A stretch of 64,000 bases of DNA from Candidatus Rifleibacteriota bacterium (GTDB taxonomy: Bacteria; Muiribacteriota; Ozemobacteria; Ozemobacterales; Ozemobacteraceae): the NCBI GenBank assembly GCA_024710355.1, contig JANJUX010000055.1:34248-98247 (forward strand), in the 5' to 3' direction. Positions 44,324 to 54,249 of the stretch are shown piece after piece; position 1 is the stretch's first letter, and each line of letters starts with the position of its first letter. A program made the position numbers and the translations under genes. The notes beneath the pieces are model-generated. The model had not been told where the DNA came from. It worked only from the letters and a program-made list of their open reading frames with translations, and made no database searches.

Positions 44324-45895
44324 CTATTCCGGCGTAGTTCGGGGTTGCGACTCGATGTTGTCGAAACGTGCCGGAACCGGGATGGTTCTGACGATTTCTT
44401 CGACGGTGGTGATGCCCTGGGCGACCTTTTCGATGGCGTAGTCATACATGCTTCTGAAGCCCGGCGGCAATGGCAGAAGCGCTGCGCTGCCGGTTTCGCC
44501 GAGGGTGATGATTTTGCGAAGCTTTGCATCGATGCGCAGCAGTTCGAAAACGCCGGTCAGGCCGCGGTAGCCTGAGCCGCTGCAGAGCTCGCAGCCTTTT
44601 CCGTGCCTGAACGGAATGTCTTTCGGCAGGCCGGGCAGCAGATCGAGGGTTTCGGCGTCGGGCTGATATGATTCGATGCAGCCGATGCAGACGCGACGCA
44701 CCAGGCGCTGTGAAAGAACCCCGATCAGGCCGGCGGCAAGAATATTGCGTTCGACGCCGAGCGACAATATGCGCGCAACGGCTGAAGCCGCATCGCGTGA
44801 ATGCAGGGTGGTGAGAACGAGATGCCCCATCTGGGCGGCCCGAACTGCCATGATTGCAGTTTCTTCGTCGCGCACTTCGCCGATCATGACGATATCAGGA
44901 TTCTGGCGCATGAAGGCTCTGGTGTAGTCGGCAAACGACATTACCGGCGTGATCTGTTTCTGATTGACCCGCGAAATTTCGTATTCGACCGGGTCTTCGA
45001 CCGTAAGAATCTTTTTGCTGTCGTCTTTGATGTGCTCGATAACGGCGTAGAGCGTCGTCGTCTTGCCGCTCGAAGTCGGGCCCGAAACGAGAATCAGGCC
45101 ACCTGGCTCATGCAGCATCGCATGGAAAAGATTGAATTTTTCGTTCGACATGCCCAGCGATTCGAGCTTGATCGTCAGACAGGTTTCGTCGAGCAGTCGC
45201 AGAACGCAGTCTTCGCCATACATGCCCGGCAGCACCGAGACTCTGAAATCGACCCGGCGAGAACGATCATCAGGGGAAGTGTAGCGTGCGACTATGTGCC
45301 CGTCCTGCGGCAGGCGACGGTCGGCGATGTTCAGTTCAGACAGAACCTTGATGTGCTGAATGACCGCCTGAATGTTTTCCGGGCTCAACGGCGACGGTAC
45401 TTTATGGAGAACTCCGTCAATTCTGTATCTGAGACTGACGCTGTTGCTGTAGACTTCGAGATGGATGTCTGAAGCGCGCTTCTGAACTGCGGCGGCGAGA
45501 AGGTCGCTACAGATGTCGGCCGGTTTCTGGTCGCGTTCAAAACTTATTTTCTGGTCATGGTGCAGGGCGATGCGTTCGCGCACCGGGCCGGCATTGATGG
45601 TGGTCTGGGCAATTTCGCTTTCTTTGAAAGCAAATTCAAGAGCCTGATCGAGCTCGTATGAATTCAGCTGCACATGCTTGAATTTAAGGCCGGTAAGATT
45701 CTCGACTTCTTTGATCACCTGACCGTCGGCCGGGTCGAGCATGCCAAGAATCGCGTGGTGCTCGGCGCTTGCCGGTTTCTTGCCGATCAGAACCACCTGG
45801 TGCCGGCGGCAGAAGTCTTCGGGCAGCGTGCGGATAAAATCGCGATGCAGGGTGTAATCGGCCTGGTCAGTAAAATCACGACGGCTGGTCGGCAT
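44324..45895 (-). CDS. GspE/PulE/PilB family secretion ATPase
   Basis: RASDIHLE, RYRIDG, RRLPQDG, GPTSSGKTTT, TVEDPVEY, RQNPDIVMIGEVRD, LTTLH and CIGC/CELC motifs. Start set at ATG 45895 (GGGGG RBS). Confidence 0.93.
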   Translation of the reverse strand: MPTSRRDFTDQADYTLHRDFIRTLPEDFCRRHQVVLIGKKPASAEHHAILGMLDPADGQVIKEVENLTGLKFKHVQLNSYELDQALEFAFKESEIAQTTINAGPVRERIALHHDQKISFERDQKPADICSDLLAAAVQKRASDIHLEVYSNSVSLRYRIDGVLHKVPSPLSPENIQAVIQHIKVLSELNIADRRLPQDGHIVARYTSPDDRSRRVDFRVSVLPGMYGEDCVLRLLDETCLTIKLESLGMSNEKFNLFHAMLHEPGGLILVSGPTSSGKTTTLYAVIEHIKDDSKKILTVEDPVEYEISRVNQKQITPVMSFADYTRAFMRQNPDIVMIGEVRDEETAIMAVRAAQMGHLVLTTLHSRDAASAVARILSLGVERNILAAGLIGVLSQRLVRRVCIGCIESYQPDAETLDLLPGLPKDIPFRHGKGCELCSGSGYRGLTGVFELLRIDAKLRKIITLGETGSAALLPLPPGFRSMYDYAIEKVAQGITTVEEIVRTIPVPARFDNIESQPRTTPE

Positions 45896-46025
45896 AGGTT
45901 TCCCCCCATTTATCTGTTTACTAAAGCCTAACCCGACTCGACAAATTTCGCAAACTGTAAAAAAACTTTGCAGCAAATTCCGAGAGATTAAAAAATGTGA
46001 ATTTTTAAATTGCGAGGCGAGAAGA

Positions 46026-46084
46026 CGGGATTGCTTTTTCGGAAGCTTGTGAGCGAAGCGAATCGCTGAAGAAAAAGCAACCCG
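46026..46084. repeat. REP/MITE-like intergenic stem-loop with GTGAGC-GAA-GCGAA core
   Basis: CGGGATTGCTTTTTC ... GAAAAAGCAACCCG stem enclosing GTGAGCGAAGCGAA. Confidence 0.55.
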
Positions 46085-46230
46085 GCTGATAGGCCGAAGC
46101 TGCACCGATGCACAATCAACTCCTTTTATCAAAAAAGATGTAATTAATTGTAGTTTTCTGAAAACTTTGCCTTCAACCGGGGGTGAAATGCTGTTATACT
46201 CGCAAGGGAGCCCACAACAGGAGAGATGGC

Positions 46231-47532
46231 TTGACGAGAGATATTATCGCCCTTGCCGGGCGCGAACTGAAGCAGCATAAACGCCGCACCTTCGCAGTGA
46301 TCAGCGGCTATGCACTCACTGTCGCTTTTTTGATCATTCTGGCGGCAGTTCTGCTTTATTCACGCGTCGTTCAGAATATCACGATCGGCGAGGCCGGCAC
46401 CTATTTCGTCACCTGGCTGCCCGCCTGCGGTGACATCAGCTCGCTCAGCGAAGAAGAACTGGCAAAGCTGGCGCGCGGCATTATTCCCGAGGTCTGCAAA
46501 GAAAAATGCGAGAACTGCACCGGTTGCAACAAAAAGCCGGTCGACATCCTCAACGAGGGTTTCGTCATCAATACCAACGGCACCCGGCTGCTGACGCTCG
46601 ATCTGGTCGAGAAGATACGTGCTCTGCCGCTGATTAAAGACGCTTCGGCCTGCCTGATGTTCCGGTTCCGCGACCCGCAGACGAACACGATTTTCGCGGT
46701 CGGCGGCATCGACGTGCAGAGCCCGGCGGTTTCGACCAACTGCTGCGCCGCTTCCGATCTGATCGATGGAAACTTTCTGACCGGCAGCTCGACCGGCAGA
46801 GTGCTCGTCGATATCGGCTTTGCCGGTAACCACGGCCTTAAATGCGGTTCAAATCTCGTTATTGCCAGCGAAACCTTCGTGGTGAGCGGCATTATCAATT
46901 CTGGTGCCCGGCCGGTCAAGCCCGATGTCATCATGCTGTTTGCCGATGCCGAGAGGGTTATCAACCGCCGTATTCAAAACCCGCTCGAAAACGAGGCTAA
47001 CCTGATTCTTATCGAAAGCCGCGATGCCACCGTGCATGGCCGGGCGCTCGAAGACGTTAAAGCCCTGATGAAGGGCGACAGCCTGCTGACCACCGGCTGC
47101 TATTTTCCGGCGGCGAAAGCAATCGGGCTGAATACCAGACTGATCTGGGCCTTTATGACTCTGGTCGCTGTTGCCGCCATGCTGTTTTCGGCAAGAATTC
47201 AGTGGGCCTCGGTAATCGAACGGCGGCGCAGCTTCGCTATTCTCAAGGCAATTGGCTGGAACAACCGGGTAATCATTCTGCAGCAGCTCGCCGAAACGCT
47301 GGCGCAGTCTGTCGCCGGCAGCCTGGCCGGTCTGGTCGCCGGGCTGGCGGTTCTGCTGCTGGTGCCCGTAAACAACCTGCTCGGCATCGATGCCACGATG
47401 ACCGGGGTGCTCAACCCCGGCCTGTTCGCCGTTGTCGTTGCTTTTGCTGTCACTGCCGGGGTTCTGGCCGGCCTGCTGCCGGTGCTGATGGTGATCAGAC
47501 AGCGGCCGGCCGACGCTTTGCGCCGTGTTTAG
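46231..47532 (+). CDS. MacB/FtsX-type ABC permease with Cys-rich periplasmic domain
   Basis: 1+3 TM topology, ERRRSFAILKAIGW, RPADALR. CKEKCENCTGC, TNCC and further Cys. TTG start with GGAG RBS. Confidence 0.88.
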   Translation: MTRDIIALAGRELKQHKRRTFAVISGYALTVAFLIILAAVLLYSRVVQNITIGEAGTYFVTWLPACGDISSLSEEELAKLARGIIPEVCKEKCENCTGCNKKPVDILNEGFVINTNGTRLLTLDLVEKIRALPLIKDASACLMFRFRDPQTNTIFAVGGIDVQSPAVSTNCCAASDLIDGNFLTGSSTGRVLVDIGFAGNHGLKCGSNLVIASETFVVSGIINSGARPVKPDVIMLFADAERVINRRIQNPLENEANLILIESRDATVHGRALEDVKALMKGDSLLTTGCYFPAAKAIGLNTRLIWAFMTLVAVAAMLFSARIQWASVIERRRSFAILKAIGWNNRVIILQQLAETLAQSVAGSLAGLVAGLAVLLLVPVNNLLGIDATMTGVLNPGLFAVVVAFAVTAGVLAGLLPVLMVIRQRPADALRRV

Positions 47533-47596
47533 TTCTTTGTCGCAGGCGGGTTGAATTTTGTTTGTGCATGATTAAATGATGCTGGAGAGTTCGAAG

Positions 47597-48268
47597 ATGT
47601 CGCTGTTACAGGTCGAAAATGTCGCTAAAAGCTTTTTTCAGCGCGGTAATGAGCTGAAAATTTTCTCCGATGTTTCGTTTACGGTCGAACCGGGCGAACT
47701 GCTGCTGATTTCCGGTCGCAGTGGCACCGGCAAATCGACGCTGCTGAATCTTCTCGGCGGCCTCGAAAGGGTAAGCGCCGGCCGCATCGTTTTTAACGAC
47801 CGGGTAATTACCGATCTGAGCATGTCAGAACTGGCTGAGCTGCGTGCCAACGGCATCGGCATGATTTTTCAGAATTTCAATCTGATCCCGGGCTGGTCGG
47901 CCCTCGAAAATGTCGAGGCCGTTCTTATGCATCGCGGTATCAGTCAGTCTGAAAGACTGCAGCGGGCAACTGCGATTCTCACCGAGCTCGGGCTGGGCGA
48001 CCGCCTGCACAACCTGCCGGCCGAATTGAGCGTCGGGCAGCAGCAGCGCGTTGCCATCGCCCGCACTCTCGTGAATGACCCGGCAATGATCCTTGCCGAT
48101 GAACCCACCGGCGATGTCGACCCCGAAACCGCCGACGAAATTCTGCATCTGCTGCTGCCGCGCATCAAGAGCGGCAGAACCGCAATGATCGTCGCTTCGC
48201 ATGGTCTGTTCAACCCGGCACTGGCCACCAGAACCGCCAGTCTTAAAGACGGAAAGCTGCATCTCTGA
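47597..48268 (+). CDS. LolD/MacB-type ABC ATP-binding protein
   Basis: GRSGTGKST, IFQNFNL, LSVGQQQRVAIAR and LADEPTG motifs. Confidence 0.95.
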   Translation: MSLLQVENVAKSFFQRGNELKIFSDVSFTVEPGELLLISGRSGTGKSTLLNLLGGLERVSAGRIVFNDRVITDLSMSELAELRANGIGMIFQNFNLIPGWSALENVEAVLMHRGISQSERLQRATAILTELGLGDRLHNLPAELSVGQQQRVAIARTLVNDPAMILADEPTGDVDPETADEILHLLLPRIKSGRTAMIVASHGLFNPALATRTASLKDGKLHL

Positions 48269-48269
48269 T

Positions 48270-49499
48270 ATGTCTGATCTTTTAACCTGCGCTCTGCGTG
48301 AGCTGAAAAAACGAAAACTGCGGACCCTCGCCGGTCTGTCGGGTTTTTTTCTCGGCTGTATGCTCATTACCGCCATGGTTCTGATGCTGCAGTATGACCT
48401 GCAGGCAAAAAACGCGCTGGTAAACTATATGGGCAACAAATTTCTTGCCTATGCCCCGATGAACCTTATCGGCGCCGGCGATGACCAGACGGCCAGGCCG
48501 CTTGACCCGGTCAATGAGGGTTTTTTCACCGAGCCCACGGTGGTTACCCGGCTGCTGCCGGCAAATCTGGCGGCCAGCATCGCTAAGATTCCTGAAGTCG
48601 GGGTGGTGACGCCGTTTCTGCTCTACCGTTTCAAAAACAGCCAGGACGGCCATGTTTTCAGTATCGGCGGTATCAGACCGGCCGATGTGCGGGCCCTGCA
48701 GGCAACGCTGATTTCGCGCCACGACATCATCAGCGGCGTTTTCTTTCAGCAGAACGACCGCAACGTCGTCATCGTCGACAAATCATACGCCGACATGTGG
48801 AACCTGAAAGTCGGTTCGGTTGTAAATATCGGCGACACGCTTTTTCCGGTTATCGGTATCGCCGGTTCGCATGCCCGCACCGCCCGGGCCGATGTCTACA
48901 TGAACTGGCCCGATGCCGAAGCCGCTATCAGCCGCCGCCTCAACCGGCCATTGAACAACGAAGCCAATCTCTTTCTCATTGAAGCCGCCGGTGCCGAAAC
49001 CGTCGCCGCCGCCATGCGGAAGGTTCAGACGCTGATCGAACAGGGAATCACCAACTCGGTCGTCTGCTCGATTCCGGTCGTCAAATTCATGGGAATGAGC
49101 CAGAACGCGGTCAGCGCAGTGATGCTGATAGTTGCGGTACTGGCGGTGCTTTTCGCGGCGAATGCCCAATGGTCGGCCGCTTCAGAACGCACTCACGAGG
49201 TTGCCATTCTCAAGGCGATCGGCTGGCGCGACCGCAGCATTTTTGCCCAGTTTGTCATCGAATCACTGCTGATTTCTCTGGTCGGTGGCATATCGGGTGC
49301 GGGTGCCGGTTATGCAATGTTCAGAACCATCGCGCAGACTCTGGGAGCGCGTATCGACGCCGCCTATCAGGTTGTCGATGTGCCGACCACGCTTGCCCTG
49401 CTGATCTTCGCCACCGCACTGGCAGGCATCATCGCCGGCCTGGTTCCGGCAGCCAGGGCGGCGGCGACCCGCCCGGCCGAGGTGCTGCGCGACCTTTAA
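48270..49499 (+). CDS. MacB/FtsX-type ABC permease, paralog of 46231..47532
   Basis: ERTHEVAILKAIGW and RPAEVLR. Shares NEGF..TRLL and L.NEANL.LIE with the first permease. Confidence 0.9.
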   Translation: MSDLLTCALRELKKRKLRTLAGLSGFFLGCMLITAMVLMLQYDLQAKNALVNYMGNKFLAYAPMNLIGAGDDQTARPLDPVNEGFFTEPTVVTRLLPANLAASIAKIPEVGVVTPFLLYRFKNSQDGHVFSIGGIRPADVRALQATLISRHDIISGVFFQQNDRNVVIVDKSYADMWNLKVGSVVNIGDTLFPVIGIAGSHARTARADVYMNWPDAEAAISRRLNRPLNNEANLFLIEAAGAETVAAAMRKVQTLIEQGITNSVVCSIPVVKFMGMSQNAVSAVMLIVAVLAVLFAANAQWSAASERTHEVAILKAIGWRDRSIFAQFVIESLLISLVGGISGAGAGYAMFRTIAQTLGARIDAAYQVVDVPTTLALLIFATALAGIIAGLVPAARAAATRPAEVLRDL

Positions 49500-50287
49500 C
49501 CTTTGTGGCCACCCGTCTGCTGATACTGGTGTATTTTGAAGGCAACTTTCTGGCCGGTGGCAAAAATCTTGGTGTTTTCGGCACCCCTGATGATATTTTT
49601 GGCTTTGTTGCGGTCTTTGACGACAAAGCCAGACAGGTCATGCGCCCCGAAGGCAAAGAGAACCGGCGCCAGCGGCGTTGACGGGCCAACAATGGTGGTG
49701 GCCTGGGCGTTTCGGCTCAGCTCGAGAAGCCGCGGCATGGTTTTGTCAATCAGCGTGGAACTGCTGATATAGACGAAATCACTCTCCGGCAGAAGAAATT
49801 CGGCGGCGCTCAACGGGTAGTCATCCTGCTGCGGGTCATGCACCGCGATGATGCTCAGGTCGCAGATCGGCGCCATCAGCTGGGTGATATGCGGAAAATG
49901 CCCGACCACCGTCACTTTTTTGCCGCGTATCGTGTTCTGCGACATGATGAAAGGGTCGAAGATGCGGTCCTCGATGTGCAGCGACTCACTGATCGTTACT
50001 CCGAAGCCGCGGGCCACGTCGATATTATTGTAATAGGCGTTGATTGCGGCCAGACCGGTAGCGGCTTCGAAAAAATTCCAGGATTTGATGCAGGCGGCCA
50101 CTTCGCGCAGGCTTGCACCTTCAAGGTTCTTTGTCTGCAGGGGTTTTCTCAGGTCGTATGGTCGCGGTTCAGCGATGCCGAGGCCATTATTGCTCAGAAC
50201 ACAGGCAAAGCTGGTGCCACGAAAAATCTCTTCCGCTTTCCAGTCATGCGGAATGCCTTCGATCATCCGGTCATACAGTTCCCACAT
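49496..50287 (-). CDS. DUF364/DUF4213 family Rossmann-like putative metal-binding protein
   Basis: SWNFFEAATGLAAINAYYN, KKVTVVGHFP, TLIDKTMPRLLEL and VGPSTPLAP motifs. Confidence 0.9.
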   Translation of the reverse strand: MWELYDRMIEGIPHDWKAEEIFRGTSFACVLSNNGLGIAEPRPYDLRKPLQTKNLEGASLREVAACIKSWNFFEAATGLAAINAYYNNIDVARGFGVTISESLHIEDRIFDPFIMSQNTIRGKKVTVVGHFPHITQLMAPICDLSIIAVHDPQQDDYPLSAAEFLLPESDFVYISSSTLIDKTMPRLLELSRNAQATTIVGPSTPLAPVLFAFGAHDLSGFVVKDRNKAKNIIRGAENTKIFATGQKVAFKIHQYQQTGGHKG

Positions 50288-50311
50288 TTTTTTATCTCCT
50301 GCTTCGCCCGG

Positions 50312-51334
50312 TTAGCCAAGCGCATTACGGCTGATGATTTCACCGTTGCGCAGTTTTTTGCGTATCTGGAAAAGCCTGGCATCGAGCCGCTCGATTTCTG
50401 ACAGACAGGCTTTTTCCTCTTCTGAGGTGGTGATTACCCTTGAAATCCGGCCGTTTTTTATGATCAGCCGGCGGTTGGCTCCCAGTGCCAGCAAGGGGTC
50501 GTGCGTCGAAATGAAGACGATCTTGTCGCGGCTGGCGAGCAGTTCGATGGCCTGGCGGCGATCGATGCCGGCGTTCTCGATCTCGTCGATGAGCACGATC
50601 GGCGAGGTGCTCATAAAAGCCGTGTCGGCAATCATCAGAGCTCGTGACTGACCGCCGCTCAGCTGGGTCAGGCGGGTGTCGAGGCCGAAGGCTTCGCCGG
50701 CAAGGCTATTGGCACAAACGAAGCAGCGTTCGACCGTATCGTCGATATTGATCGAATGTCTGCTGCCGGCATGCATTTTGAGAAAGTCATTGACGGTCAG
50801 ATCGATGACGAAATTCATGTTCTGGGAAAGTTGCGCCACCAGACGGCCCTGTAGTTCGATGCGTCGCTCGTCGTCAAGATTCTGCTCATCGATCAAAACT
50901 TTTCGGCCAGTTGGAGTATCGCAGTTTGCCAGGCATTCGATATCGGCAAGCAGCCGGCTTTTGCCTGAGCCGGTCGGGCCGACTATGCTGATGGTTTCGC
51001 CCCGATTGATGGTGATCTGGCAGTTTTCGGGGTCGCCGGCCTTGCCGTGCCCGCCGATGATGGTGATGCTTGTAATTTCTGGGCCGGTGGCATCAGAGCG
51101 GCCGGCGAAAACATTGAGAAAATCGCAGAATTCGCGCTGAATTGCGTGGCGGTCGAGGCCGAATTCTGAAAGGGTTTCCGGATCGGCTTTTTCGAGCGCC
51201 TGGTGCAGAGGCAGGCCGCGCTCGATATCTTCGATTCTGAGATTTTTGAAAAAATTCTGGCAGACCGGGTGTTTTTCCATGATTTCGCCGACCGGTACGG
51301 TTAAAACCATATACAGAATATCTGTGTCGTTCAT
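50312..51334 (-). CDS. Stand-alone ABC-type ATPase with N-terminal DUF1858-like domain
   Basis: GPTGSGKS, LSQNMNF, LSGGQSRALMIAD, LIDEIENAG and STHD motifs. N-terminal VGEIMEKHPVCQNFF. Confidence 0.85.
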   Translation of the reverse strand: MNDTDILYMVLTVPVGEIMEKHPVCQNFFKNLRIEDIERGLPLHQALEKADPETLSEFGLDRHAIQREFCDFLNVFAGRSDATGPEITSITIIGGHGKAGDPENCQITINRGETISIVGPTGSGKSRLLADIECLANCDTPTGRKVLIDEQNLDDERRIELQGRLVAQLSQNMNFVIDLTVNDFLKMHAGSRHSINIDDTVERCFVCANSLAGEAFGLDTRLTQLSGGQSRALMIADTAFMSTSPIVLIDEIENAGIDRRQAIELLASRDKIVFISTHDPLLALGANRRLIIKNGRISRVITTSEEEKACLSEIERLDARLFQIRKKLRNGEIISRNALG

Positions 51335-52023
51335 GGTTTTTTGAATTCCATTCTCTTCATGGTGCCCATCTGGTATTCATTGCCGATGCGGATCTCACCG
51401 GTACAATAGGAACAGACGGCAGCCGGGGTGGTGAAGCGCAGTTTCAGATCGCGCAGGGTCTGAATACTTCGGGCCTTTGCGGCGTGGCTGGCGAGAATCG
51501 TCGCTCCCTGGCCATTTATGCCGTTAACGAAGATAACCTGAACCGCAGTGTTGACCTGCCTGATATTGAAGGCAAAAACCTCTCTCTCTGCCTGCGAAAC
51601 GATATCGCCTTTGGTGACCACGACGATGTCGGCCATTTTCAGCATCGGGCCGATTTTTCTCGGGGTATTGATGCCGGCAAGGTTGTCGATCACACAGATC
51701 GCCATAATGCCATGAATATACGGCGAGCAGCGGTTGCACAGGCCGGCGCTTTCGGTGATCAGATATTTGAAGCCGGCGTTCTGGCCCCATTCAACCGCCG
51801 CTTCGATATTGCTGACAAAAAAGTGGTCGGGGCAGAGTTTACCCGAAAAGCCGGTTTCTACTCTGATGCCTCGCTCTTCATAGCGCAGATGATCGAACGA
51901 AGTGAGGCAGTCGAATTTGACGACCCCGACGTCGCTGGCGGCAATCTGCATCGCCTCGATGAGTTTCAGGATCACAGAGGTTTTTCCGGAAGAGGGTGGG
52001 CCGGCTACGGTTATCAGCTGCAT
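51331..52023 (-). CDS. G3E-family (HypB/UreG/CobW-like) metallochaperone GTPase
   Basis: GPPSSGKT, VVKFDC, LCPDH, ESAGLCNRCSP, TKGD and C-terminal CSYC motifs. Confidence 0.88.
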   Translation of the reverse strand: MQLITVAGPPSSGKTSVILKLIEAMQIAASDVGVVKFDCLTSFDHLRYEERGIRVETGFSGKLCPDHFFVSNIEAAVEWGQNAGFKYLITESAGLCNRCSPYIHGIMAICVIDNLAGINTPRKIGPMLKMADIVVVTKGDIVSQAEREVFAFNIRQVNTAVQVIFVNGINGQGATILASHAAKARSIQTLRDLKLRFTTPAAVCSYCTGEIRIGNEYQMGTMKRMEFKKP

Positions 52024-52176
52024 GCTTGCTTTCCTGGTGAACCTGTCAATGTGTTGGTGCGCGTATCTTTACTGAAACAACTTAGCAATTCCGACCAATA
52101 AAAGTCAACGCTTAATAGTGTAATGCTTTGCTTTTGTGATATTTTGTTATATATTTAAAACTACTCTGCACAACTG

Positions 52177-52803
52177 GTGGTGAGAAATATAATAGCCGAT
52201 TTTTTGAGTATTCTGCAGGCTGGTGGGCCGATTATGTACCCGCTGACTCTCGTCGGTGTGTTCATTTTCGCTCTTGGCGTCTATCAGACAGTCTGGCTGA
52301 CGATCTGGACCCTGTGGTCAGACCGTTATTCGTGTGCCGGCGCTCCACGCTGGGCGCGCAAGGCTATCGACATGGCGAAAAGCCGCAAAGGCCTTGCCGG
52401 GCTTTCGCTGCTTGAGTCGATCGAACTGTGTTTCTCGCGCATGGAAGACTGTCTGACACGGCGTGTACCCGCGATGCGCTTTCTTGCCCAGATCAGCACG
52501 CTGATGGGCTTTCTCGGAACCGTAACCGGGATGGTTAAAGTATTTAACACGGTCGCCAGGCTTGGCATGGTAACGCCTTCAGACCTCGCCGGCGGCATTC
52601 ATGAAGCTCTGTTTACCACCGTTTATGGTCTGATGCTGGCGCTGATCGCCTGGGGTTTCACCTATGCGGTCGAGGCGCTTGCCCGCCGGCATCTGCGTCA
52701 GCTTGAAATTCTGGTATTTCACGAGCTTGAAATTGGTGCCGATGCCACAGAAGCTGCACCGGTAACGGCTGGTCCCGACGAAGTGGCGGCGGGTAAAAAC
52801 TGA
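52177..52803 (+). CDS. exbB: ExbB/TolQ/MotA proton channel protein
   Basis: GGPIMYPL, LMGFLGTVTGM and GIHEALFTTVYGL motifs. Confidence 0.9.
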   Translation: MVRNIIADFLSILQAGGPIMYPLTLVGVFIFALGVYQTVWLTIWTLWSDRYSCAGAPRWARKAIDMAKSRKGLAGLSLLESIELCFSRMEDCLTRRVPAMRFLAQISTLMGFLGTVTGMVKVFNTVARLGMVTPSDLAGGIHEALFTTVYGLMLALIAWGFTYAVEALARRHLRQLEILVFHELEIGADATEAAPVTAGPDEVAAGKN

Positions 52804-53207
52804 TGGCTCTGCGCAGAAACAACGCAAAAGAGGGTTTTGCTCTCGATCTGACCTCGTGTTCAGATATTATTTTTACTCTGCTGCTGTTTTATATTCTGAC
52901 GCAGAATTTTCTGCCGCAGACACCTCTTGAACTGCCGGCTATTTCTTCGCAAATCCAGGGCAGCACCAGTGCCCAGCGGATCGAAGTTGCGCAGAATGGT
53001 CAGCTCAGCCTGAACGGCGCGACCATGGCTGCCGATGCGCTTGTGCTGCAGATCGGCGAAAAGGTTCACAATGCCAGCGATACACAGATAATCATCTATG
53101 CCAGCCGCCTTTCGCCGGCTGGCGTCTCTATAGAGCTGCTCGACAGACTGCGACAGGCCGGCATCACCCGTGTTGCCTTCGCCGGCCGCCCGGAAAGTGA
53201 AAAATGA
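52803..53207 (+). CDS. exbD: ExbD/TolR protein
   Basis: DLTSCSDIIFTLLLFYIL TM with conserved Asp; LDRLRQAGITRVAF. Confidence 0.9.
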   Translation: MALRRNNAKEGFALDLTSCSDIIFTLLLFYILTQNFLPQTPLELPAISSQIQGSTSAQRIEVAQNGQLSLNGATMAADALVLQIGEKVHNASDTQIIIYASRLSPAGVSIELLDRLRQAGITRVAFAGRPESEK

Positions 53208-54085
53208 TCGTTTTCGGCGCAGATGAACAAAGAGTCGAAAGACTCACGACATTTGTGAGCCTGGTTCTGGCATTGATTCTGCAGCTGTCGGCCGGCCTGC
53301 TGCTTGTCGGAATGTGCCGTGAAGAAGTTTTGACGCGCCAGCCGCCGGTGCCCCTGATAACGGTTACTCTCGCACCTGAGCCTGCACCGGCAGGTCCGGC
53401 AAAGACCGCAGTGTCAGCCCCTGTCGAAGAAACTGAGAAAGTCAGCCAGGTGCCGGAAATTTCTCAGCCGGCGCCCCACGAACCCGAAGTGGCGCAGCCT
53501 CCGGAAACTGTGCCGATAGAGCCACCAGCTTTGCAGAAGACTGAGGAATTGAAAAAGCCGGAACCGCCAAAGAAGCCAAGAATAAGCAAAAAAGCCGAAC
53601 TTAAGCCGGTAAAACCGGTAAAAAAAACGGTCGAAAAATCAGCCGCAGAACCTTTAGAAAAACCGGCAGCACAGCCTGAAACGGCAAAGCCAGACCAGCA
53701 GCCAGAGTCTGCTGTACCGGCTTTAAATGCTGCTGCCCAGGCCAACAGAAATGCCGGCAGTCGGACTGAAAAGCCGGTTGAGGCGCTCTCAGGCAAAGAG
53801 CAGAAGGCCATAGCCCGCTACCTGGCGCAGGTTCGCCGATCTCTCGATCGCAGCAGAGTGTACCCGCCGGAAGCGAGAAAAAAGCGTATCGAAGGCGTGG
53901 TTCCGGTTAAATTCAGAATTTCTGCAGACGGTCAGGTCGTTGGCGCCGAAGTTACAGGCAATGCGCCCGATGTTCTGGCTGAAGCGGTAATCAAGATGCT
54001 CGCGGGCCGTCGTTTTCCGCCGCCGCCGACCGGCTGGCAGCCCTCGGCTGCCATCGAACTCAATATCAATTTCAATCTCCGCTGA
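53204..54085 (+). CDS. tonB: TonB energy transducer
   Basis: N-terminal TM, Pro/Glu/Lys-rich spacer, YPPEARKKRIEG.V.VKFRI..DG C-terminal domain. Confidence 0.9.
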   Translation: MIVFGADEQRVERLTTFVSLVLALILQLSAGLLLVGMCREEVLTRQPPVPLITVTLAPEPAPAGPAKTAVSAPVEETEKVSQVPEISQPAPHEPEVAQPPETVPIEPPALQKTEELKKPEPPKKPRISKKAELKPVKPVKKTVEKSAAEPLEKPAAQPETAKPDQQPESAVPALNAAAQANRNAGSRTEKPVEALSGKEQKAIARYLAQVRRSLDRSRVYPPEARKKRIEGVVPVKFRISADGQVVGAEVTGNAPDVLAEAVIKMLAGRRFPPPPTGWQPSAAIELNINFNLR

Positions 54086-54090
54086 CCGCT

Positions 54091-54144
54091 GTTGCCAGGA
54101 CGGCATTATGCCGCGTGAGCCAGGAGGGCGAAAGCGGCGGCAAC
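54091..54144. repeat. REP-like structured intergenic element
   Basis: Outer GTTGCC/GGCAAC stem, inner GCCGC/GCGGC stem enclosing GTGAGC-CAGGAGG-GCGAAA. GCCAGGA(C/G)GGC occurs twice. Confidence 0.5.
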
Positions 54145-54249
54145 GACTGACATGCAGTAGCAAGCTGCTGGAAAGAAAAAAGTCCAGTTTGCCCTGTTTC
54201 TGGCTGAAAAAAGTGGCCGGTTTTGCGAAGCATGAGGTAAAATTGCAGA

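Noticed and set aside
45896..46132. N-terminal extension of the GspE ORF given by the ORF track
   Set aside because: Runs through AT-rich intergenic DNA and a hairpin element; the RBS supports ATG 45895.
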